Assembly (NCBI RefSeq): GCF_000092105.1 | Contig: NC_014148.1 | Span: forward strand, 1,680,001 to 1,712,000 | Source: Planctopirus limnophila DSM 3776 | GTDB lineage: Bacteria; Planctomycetota; Planctomycetia; Planctomycetales; Planctomycetaceae | DNA length: 32,000 nucleotides | Reading direction: 5' to 3' | Part shown: in pieces, positions 26,148 to 32,000 of the stretch | How the letters are laid out: each line of letters starts with the position of its first letter | Numbering within the stretch: the first letter of the stretch is position 1 | Notes under the pieces: model-generated | Told to the model about the DNA's origin: nothing | The model's database searches: none | Seen by the model: the letters and a program-made list of their open reading frames with translations, nothing else | Translations under genes and position numbers: made by a program

Positions 26148-26663
26148 ATGGTTGCCATTTTGCCAAGAGCGGGCCTGTTGACTGTCATCATCATCGGCTG
26201 TGCCGAAGTTGGTTTGGCTCAGAATCAGGCTGTGCAACTTCCTTCGGTGGGGCAGTCGAGTGCTGCGACATCTATCAGTGTGCCGGATGGTGGTCGAACT
26301 CTCATTGGTGGTAGTTCCCGTGGTTTGACCACGATGCCTTCCCGTTCGACCTTTCCCCTTTCCCGCGGGCCTGTGACCAGAAATCCGCTATTTGGTGGGC
26401 CGGCCTACGGTCGTTCACTGAGTGGTGGCTCGATGACGGCCAGTGTGCGGATCATCGATCTGCAGGAGATGGATCGTCAGATTCTGGCTTTATCCCCGGC
26501 AGAAAGCTCCGAAGCCGTTGAGCCCGATGCTCCCAAGCCAGCATTGACCGCGAATGATTATCTTCGCAAGGCCGATGAAGCCGAGGCCAAAGGCAAACCC
26601 AAAGTTGCCGAAATCTACCGGCGACTGGCAGCAAAACACACGACAAAAGAGACAGATCGTTAA
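26148..26663 (+). CDS. Small secreted hypothetical protein (signal peptide; secretin-like VPDGG-T-x-IGG motif)
   Basis: N-terminal hydrophobic signal LLTVIIIGCAEVGLAQNQ. GGAG SD before the ATG. Motif SISVPDGGRTLIGGSS. Lys/Glu-rich C-terminus. 42 nt downstream of the DUF2079 gene. Confidence 0.55.
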   Translation: MVAILPRAGLLTVIIIGCAEVGLAQNQAVQLPSVGQSSAATSISVPDGGRTLIGGSSRGLTTMPSRSTFPLSRGPVTRNPLFGGPAYGRSLSGGSMTASVRIIDLQEMDRQILALSPAESSEAVEPDAPKPALTANDYLRKADEAEAKGKPKVAEIYRRLAAKHTTKETDR

Positions 26664-26681
26664 TCACCCTCGGGACAGCGA

Positions 26682-28664
26682 CTACATCTTTTCGGCAACG
26701 CGGATTCCCAGTAGACCAAGCCCTTCCTTCATGACTCGGGCTGTCCAGTCGCATAACAGCAACCGGCTATTGCGGATCGAGTCATCGGTCTCTTTGAGAA
26801 CCGGGCATTCGTCGAAGAACGTGCTGAATCTGTTGGCGGTTTCGAACAGATACTGCGTGAGAACATTGGGTCGATATTCGGCAGCCACGTCGTGAAGGGC
26901 TTCACCGAATCGAACCAGCTGTAAAGCGAGCATGCGTTCGTATGGCTGCGTCAATCGAAGGGGATGTTTCCCTTTTCGCAACTGTTCGATGTCGATGCCA
27001 CCCTTGCGAAAGATGCCATGAGTTCGCGCATAGGCGTACTGCATGTAGGTGGCAGTGTCTCCCCTGGTGGCGAGCATTTTTTCAAAGCTGAACGTGTAAT
27101 CGCTCTCGCGGCTGTGGTGCAGATCGGCGTAAATGATCCCACCAATGCCCACGATTTCGGCAATCGCCTGCCGGGTGGTATCATCGAGTTCAGCACCTGT
27201 CGGCTTGCCATCATCACCGGCATTGACAATCTGTCGAGCCCGCACAACCGCTTCATCGAGCAGGCTTTCGAGGCCAACAGTGTCGCCAGATCTCGTTTTG
27301 AATGGCCGCTTGTCTTCACCGAGGATGGTGCCAAACTTGACATGCGTCAGCTCGACATTGCTGTAGCCTAGTTTGCGTGCTGTCGCAAAGAGCATGTCGA
27401 AATGCTCGCTCTGGCGGCTATCGACCACGTAGAGAATGGCATCGGCCTGCAAAGAATCCACACGATACTCGATGGTGGCGAGATCGGTTGTGGCATACGT
27501 GAAGGCGCCGTCGCTTTTGCGAACAATGAACGGAGCTTCGTATCCTTCAATGAACACACACTGCGCACCCTGACTGGTTGTCAGCAGTCTGGCTTTTTCG
27601 AGTCGCTCGAGCACTCCGGGGAGCATCGGGTTGTACCAGCTCTCACCGAGTGTCATGTCAAACTTCAGATCAAATCGAGCGTAGAGTCCTTCGAGAGCCT
27701 TGAGGCAATCGGGCAGGAACTGGTTCCAGAGAGCCAGATTCTCGGGATCTCCGGCATGCAGCTTCGCCGTTTCTAATCGGGCTTCTTCAGCAATGCGGGG
27801 ATGTTTTGCAGCAATCTCCAGGAGTTCAGGATCACTCTCGACAGCCGTGATTTTTTTGGTGGCACTCTCCAGTGCCTCTGTTGCTTCTTTGAGTTCAGCT
27901 TCCGCTTTTTTTACCTGCTGCTGAAGTTCCGGAGATTTTTTGACTCCCGATTTCGCGGCATACGTCAATTGTTCCTGGGCTTCTGCCAGACTTTTTGTCG
28001 CTGTGGGAACTCGGGCTTCGATCTCGCTGAAAGTCGATTTCAGGGCGTGATAATCGGAAAGTTGATTGACCAGTCGATACAGCCTTGCGAGTTCCGCTAC
28101 GGGGGCGGCCTCAAACGCCTTTTCATGACGGAAGTTCTTGTACCCGAAAATGATCATGCCGAACTGAGTGCCCCAGTCTCCAATGTGATTATCACTCTGG
28201 ACGGAATGCCCCAGCTTTTTCAGGACTTTGTAAAGAGCGTGGCCAATGACTGTGCTACGCAGGTGGCCGACATGCATGGGTTTCGCCACGTTCGGCGAAG
28301 AAAAATCGACAATGTACCGTCGTGAAGGTGACGCCGGCTCGAGGCCTAACTGCACATCATGGGCGCATTCTGTGGCTGCCTGTTCGAGCCACGACTCTTT
28401 CAATTTCAGATTGATAAACCCGGGCCCGGCAACGGTGGCAGGTTCGCAGATGTCATCGATCTTCAACCCCTGCACGATCTGCTCGGCAATTTCGCGCGCG
28501 GGTTTCCCGACCGACTTCTGCATCGGCATCGCGCAGTTGGCCTGGAAGTCGCCAAAGCGGGTGTCTCCGGCTGGCCGGAGCATATCGACAAAATTTTCAG
28601 GCTCAGGTGTTAATGGAACCAGAGCATCGCGAAGTCGCTGTCGGAGGAGTTGGAGCAGATTCAC
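26682..28664 (-). CDS. argS: Arginine--tRNA ligase
   Basis: Class I HIGH motif SSPNVAKPMHVGHLRS. The anticodon-binding C-terminus ends in the canonical ...GIRVAEKM. 660 aa including a coiled-coil-like insertion of about 75 aa. Confidence 0.95.
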   Translation of the reverse strand: MNLLQLLRQRLRDALVPLTPEPENFVDMLRPAGDTRFGDFQANCAMPMQKSVGKPAREIAEQIVQGLKIDDICEPATVAGPGFINLKLKESWLEQAATECAHDVQLGLEPASPSRRYIVDFSSPNVAKPMHVGHLRSTVIGHALYKVLKKLGHSVQSDNHIGDWGTQFGMIIFGYKNFRHEKAFEAAPVAELARLYRLVNQLSDYHALKSTFSEIEARVPTATKSLAEAQEQLTYAAKSGVKKSPELQQQVKKAEAELKEATEALESATKKITAVESDPELLEIAAKHPRIAEEARLETAKLHAGDPENLALWNQFLPDCLKALEGLYARFDLKFDMTLGESWYNPMLPGVLERLEKARLLTTSQGAQCVFIEGYEAPFIVRKSDGAFTYATTDLATIEYRVDSLQADAILYVVDSRQSEHFDMLFATARKLGYSNVELTHVKFGTILGEDKRPFKTRSGDTVGLESLLDEAVVRARQIVNAGDDGKPTGAELDDTTRQAIAEIVGIGGIIYADLHHSRESDYTFSFEKMLATRGDTATYMQYAYARTHGIFRKGGIDIEQLRKGKHPLRLTQPYERMLALQLVRFGEALHDVAAEYRPNVLTQYLFETANRFSTFFDECPVLKETDDSIRNSRLLLCDWTARVMKEGLGLLGIRVAEKM

Positions 28665-28751
28665 GGGGAAGGTTCACTTCACTGAGAGGCTGACATCATT
28701 GTTGATCGAGCAATTTTCGACAGGCAACGATTCGTGTCATCAAAATGGCAT

Positions 28752-29186
28752 TTAAGAGATCTGGACGGCACCACTGGAGAGGAGCTTTTTCCAGTCCAGT
28801 CGCGGCGCATCAGACCAGAGACCTTCGAGGTCATACAGTTCACGGGCCTCAGCGACAAACACATGCAGGATGACTGTACCGAAGTCCTGCAGCATCCACG
28901 ACTGACTTTCGCCCCCTTCGAGAGCTGGAAGTGCCTGATAACGTTTTTTGAAAATCCCTCTGACTTCTTCGATAAGTGCCGCTGTCTGCCTGAGATTTGT
29001 GGCAGTGGCAATGACGAAGTAATCGGCAATCGGCGTGATTTTTGTCAGGTCGAGGAGTACGACGTCTTTGCAACGGAATTCTTCCGCCAGACGGGCACAA
29101 TGGCAGGCATTCTTCAGTGAATCCTGCTGCTGCAGTACGAGTTCCTGCTGATAGGTGGTCTCGTCATAAATTTTCGTGGATGTCAT
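28752..29186 (-). CDS. rsfS: Ribosome silencing factor RsfS (iojap family)
   Basis: DVVLLDLTKITPIADYFVIATATNLRQTAALIEEV ... WMLQDFGTVILHVFVAEARELYDLEGLW. ATG 29186 is preferred over the longer ORF-track start at 29273. Confidence 0.85.
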   Translation of the reverse strand: MTSTKIYDETTYQQELVLQQQDSLKNACHCARLAEEFRCKDVVLLDLTKITPIADYFVIATATNLRQTAALIEEVRGIFKKRYQALPALEGGESQSWMLQDFGTVILHVFVAEARELYDLEGLWSDAPRLDWKKLLSSGAVQIS

Positions 29187-29471
29187 GAACTCAAGCTCTT
29201 GCAGAGGCGAAAAGGCAAAATGTTGATCAATCCTGGCAGCCAGCCGATACGAGTGACTACTGGTATTTCTCAATAGCTGACAGGTTGATCAACTGTTTCT
29301 TATGTGAATCGATTATGCTGATATCGTCGCTGATCTGTCATGTTGATGCAAGCAACAGCCAATAAAGGGCTTAAAAACAAAGCTCTTCAACTGAAAACCT
29401 GATTCCACCTATCCCAGAAATCAATGGCGAGTGGAGAGTCCATCAAGCATGCTTGCTCCGAGCCGCAAGCA

Positions 29472-29487
29472 TGGCACGCAAATCGCA
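29472..29487 (+). promoter_or_regulatory. Second sigma-54-type -24/-12 motif
   Basis: TGGCACGCAAATCGCA matches TGGCAC-N5-TTGCW at 10 of 11 positions (TGGCACG exact; TCGCA for TTGCA) with correct GG-N10-GC spacing. It lies in the rsfS / beta-CASP divergent region, about 205 nt upstream of the beta-CASP ATG, which is far for a promoter. Confidence 0.35.
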
Positions 29488-29693
29488 GCTGAATCATAGA
29501 ATCCGCATGACACTTCAAATCGGATTGGCGGGCCAAACTCAGGTCGACAGGATCTTGATGACACTGCCCGAATCCAACGGGTTCATCGAACTTTTGGCAG
29601 GATCACTTCTGACGCGATCGATTGATATGATTCACAAGTGCGGGAAAGATCTTCTGTCAAAGTTAAAATTATTCGCCATTTGAAAACATTCTT

Positions 29694-31091
29694 ATGAAAC
29701 TGACTGTTCTTGGTGCTGCCGGTGAAGTGACTGGCAGCCAGCATTTGATCGAGACGTCAACGAGGCGGCTTCTGCTCGATTGTGGTCTTTTCCAGGGCCA
29801 TCGTGCTGAATCCCGTGCGAAGAACAGTCATTTTCATTGCCGCCCCAAAGAGCTTGATGCGGTCATTCTTTCGCATGCTCATATCGATCACTGCGGGAAT
29901 CTTCCCGGTTTGTATAAAGCGGGTTTTCGAGGGCCGATCTTCTGCACGCCACCCACTGCTGAGATTGCGGCGGTCATGTTGCGGGATGCCGCCAAGATTC
30001 AGGCGGAAGATGCGGAACATCTGCGGCGGCATGTGGATCCTCGCGACGCACGAGCCATCGAACCGTTATACACCGAAGAGCATGCCAGAGCCGTCTGTGA
30101 TCTCTTTGAAACGATTCCTTATGGTCAACGGGAAGATGTGGGCAAAGATGTTCGCATGCTATTTCGAGAAGCCGGCCATATTCTCGGTTCGGCAATTGTA
30201 GAGCTCGATCTGGAAGAACAGGGGGAGTGGAAGCGCGTGGTCTTCACGGGTGATCTTGGCAGGCGCGGATTGCCGATTCTGCGTGATCCGCAACTGGTCG
30301 ATCGATGCGACCTGCTGATTACCGAAGGAACCTACGGGAACCGGATTCATCCGGAAGCGGGTGCTCAGGAACTTGAACTCCAGCGCATCATTCAAAGAAC
30401 TGCCGCCCGCGAAGGACGTGTGATTATCCCCGCGTTTGCGCTGGGGCGAACTCAAAACATTCTGTACTACCTCAATGATCTCAATAATCAGAACCTGCTT
30501 CCGCGGATCCCGATGTATGTCGATAGCCCGCTTTCCAGGGAACTCACGCAGATTTATCTGCGGCATTTGAACGAAATGGATGCGGCGGTGCAGCGTGTCC
30601 GGCAGGCTGATGAGCATCCTTTCAGCTTTCCGGGACTGCAATTCATACGAACACCTCAGGAAAGTGCCTCGCTCAACTATCGCAAAGGATCATTTGTGGT
30701 CATTGCTTCGAGCGGCATGTGCGAAAGCGGTCGCGTGGTTCATCATCTCAAGCATGGCCTCGCTGATGAAAAGAACACCGTGATTTTGATGGGGTTTCAG
30801 GCTCAAGGAACACTCGGGCGGCGTCTACAGGAACGCCGATCCCCTGTGAAAGTGCTGAATCGGGAAGTGGAAATTCGAGCCGACATCGAGTGTCTGACTG
30901 GCCTTTCGGCTCACGCCGATGCGGCCGACTTCCAGTGGTGGTTCGGCGAACTTGGTAAGAGTGGAGGTTGCGGAAAAGCCGTCGTGGTGCACAGCGAGGA
31001 AGGGCCAGCCGCAGCGACTGCCTCCCTTTTGGCCGATGTTTGTGATGAGCCGCCAATAGTTCCCAAGCCGGGTGAAGTGATTGAGTTTTAG
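29694..31091 (+). CDS. MBL-fold beta-CASP family ribonuclease (CPSF-73/RNase J-like)
   Basis: MKLTVLGAAGEVTGSQHLIE, the metallo-beta-lactamase motif ILSHAHIDHCGNLP, beta-CASP region motifs (TEGTYG; PAFALGRTQ) and C-terminal GLSAHAD. Confidence 0.85.
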   Translation: MKLTVLGAAGEVTGSQHLIETSTRRLLLDCGLFQGHRAESRAKNSHFHCRPKELDAVILSHAHIDHCGNLPGLYKAGFRGPIFCTPPTAEIAAVMLRDAAKIQAEDAEHLRRHVDPRDARAIEPLYTEEHARAVCDLFETIPYGQREDVGKDVRMLFREAGHILGSAIVELDLEEQGEWKRVVFTGDLGRRGLPILRDPQLVDRCDLLITEGTYGNRIHPEAGAQELELQRIIQRTAAREGRVIIPAFALGRTQNILYYLNDLNNQNLLPRIPMYVDSPLSRELTQIYLRHLNEMDAAVQRVRQADEHPFSFPGLQFIRTPQESASLNYRKGSFVVIASSGMCESGRVVHHLKHGLADEKNTVILMGFQAQGTLGRRLQERRSPVKVLNREVEIRADIECLTGLSAHADAADFQWWFGELGKSGGCGKAVVVHSEEGPAAATASLLADVCDEPPIVPKPGEVIEF

Positions 31092-31119
31092 AGCGTTTGT
31101 GAATTTCCTCTTGGAAATG

Positions 31120-31161
31120 ACAAAGCAAAAGAAAATGCCCGGCTCCACTTTGAAGCCGGGC
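31120..31161 (-). terminator. Rho-independent terminator of glmS
   Basis: GCCCGGCT (31137-31144) pairs with AGCCGGGC (31154-31161), giving an 8-bp GC-rich stem and a 9-nt loop. On the minus strand it is followed by ATTTTCTTTTGCTTTG. It lies 27 nt after the glmS stop. Confidence 0.65.
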
Positions 31162-31187
31162 ACTTATAGATGTCGTATCAATCAGAT

Positions 31188-32000
31188 CTATTCCACCGTG
31201 ACGCTCTTGGCGAGATTGCGGGGGCGATCAACGTTGCAGCCGCGGAGCAGGGCGATTTCGTAGGCCAAAAGCTGCAGTGGGACTGATGTCACCATCGGCT
31301 GGAGGTATTCATCGACATCGGGCACATAGATCACGTCGTCTGCCAGTTCAGCGACTTTGTCGTCACCTTCACAGGCGATGGCGATAATCGGGCCACGACG
31401 GGCACGGACTTCTTCCATGTTGCTGATGACTTTGGGGTAAATCTGACAACGGGGAACGACGAAGACACTGGGCGTCTGTTCGTCAACCAGCGCGATAGGC
31501 CCATGTTTCATCTCGGCGGCAGGATAGCCCTCGGCATGGATGTAACTGATTTCCTTCAGCTTGAGAGCCCCTTCCAGCGCGACGGGGAAGTTGTGCAGAC
31601 GTCCCAGGTAAAGGAAGTTTTCAGCAGTGTAGTACTTTCGAGCGATCTCTTTGACGCGGTTATGGCATTCGAGCGTCTGGCGAATCTTGTCGGGCATTTT
31701 TCGCAGGTTGGCAATCATGCGCTGGCCCGCCGGATAAGAAAGGTGGCGAATGCGTCCCATGAAGAGTGCGAGCAAAGTGAGGACTGTCACCTGGGATGTG
31801 AAGGCCTTGGTCGATGCAACACCCACTTCCGGGCCGGCATGCAGATAAATTCCACCGTCGGCTTCGCGGGCGATTGACGACCCGACAACGTTGCAGATGG
31901 CGAGAGTCGGGTGTCCTTTGCGTTTGCATTCACGCATGGCCGCCAGAGTATCGGCAGTTTCCCCACTTTGAGTGATGGCGAAGACCATTGTTCGCTCGGA
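31188..32000 (-). CDS. glmS: Glutamine--fructose-6-phosphate aminotransferase, C-terminal SIS/isomerase part (5' end outside the window)
   Basis: AITQSGETADTL, the SIS-domain pattern, and the canonical C-terminus DRPRNLAKSVTVE. The frame stays open to the window edge. Confidence 0.9.
   Translation of the reverse strand, partial: SERTMVFAITQSGETADTLAAMRECKRKGHPTLAICNVVGSSIAREADGGIYLHAGPEVGVASTKAFTSQVTVLTLLALFMGRIRHLSYPAGQRMIANLRKMPDKIRQTLECHNRVKEIARKYYTAENFLYLGRLHNFPVALEGALKLKEISYIHAEGYPAAEMKHGPIALVDEQTPSVFVVPRCQIYPKVISNMEEVRARRGPIIAIACEGDDKVAELADDVIYVPDVDEYLQPMVTSVPLQLLAYEIALLRGCNVDRPRNLAKSVTVE

Noticed and set aside
1-32000. Scan for CRISPR arrays, tRNA/rRNA genes, IS elements, integrases, toxin-antitoxin pairs and known defence-system genes
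   Set aside because: I found no regularly spaced repeats, no tRNA-like T-arm/acceptor structures in the intergenic gaps, and no transposase, integrase or recombinase motifs. There are no small adjacent ORF pairs typical of TA modules. The window looks like core chromosome.

Overview
This looks like a chromosomal, mostly housekeeping window with moderate GC (not computed). It has about 27 protein-coding genes and no rRNA, tRNA, CRISPR array, transposase or integrase that I can recognise. The gene content (DUF2079, DUF2203, scattered nuo genes, frequent GTG/TTG starts, sigma-54-type promoters) suggests a Planctomycetota/PVC-like genome, but that is inference only.

Gene order, left to right:
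- 3' end of a hypothetical gene, followed by a terminator
- Wzx/MOP-like polytopic membrane protein and a phosphohexomutase (GlmM/PMM type)
- a small FHA-domain protein and a ParA/MinD-type ATPase, behind a near-consensus sigma-54 promoter
- glutaminase, ComB-family phosphatase, SufU-SufS, PurE-PurK
- on the minus strand, the SOS mutagenesis cassette imuA-imuB-dnaE2, divergent from an SRAP/YedK gene across a promoter with an embedded palindrome
- on the minus strand, an incomplete complex I cluster, nuoI / DUF2203 / nuoA-nuoC-nuoD, with no nuoB
- pdxA
- an orphan nucleoside 2-deoxyribosyltransferase-like gene
- a DUF2079 membrane protein plus a small secreted protein
- rsfS-argS
- a beta-CASP MBL ribonuclease
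- the 3' part of glmS

I see no canonical defence island or mobile element. The best candidate for an undescribed system is the sigma-54 / FHA / Arg-variant ParA-MinD two-gene module at about 3.6-5.2 kb. Secondary candidates are the non-canonical putative SOS operator in the imuA/SRAP divergent region and the DUF2203 gene inside the split nuo cluster. All product calls rest on motif recognition by eye in the supplied translations. No database search was run.
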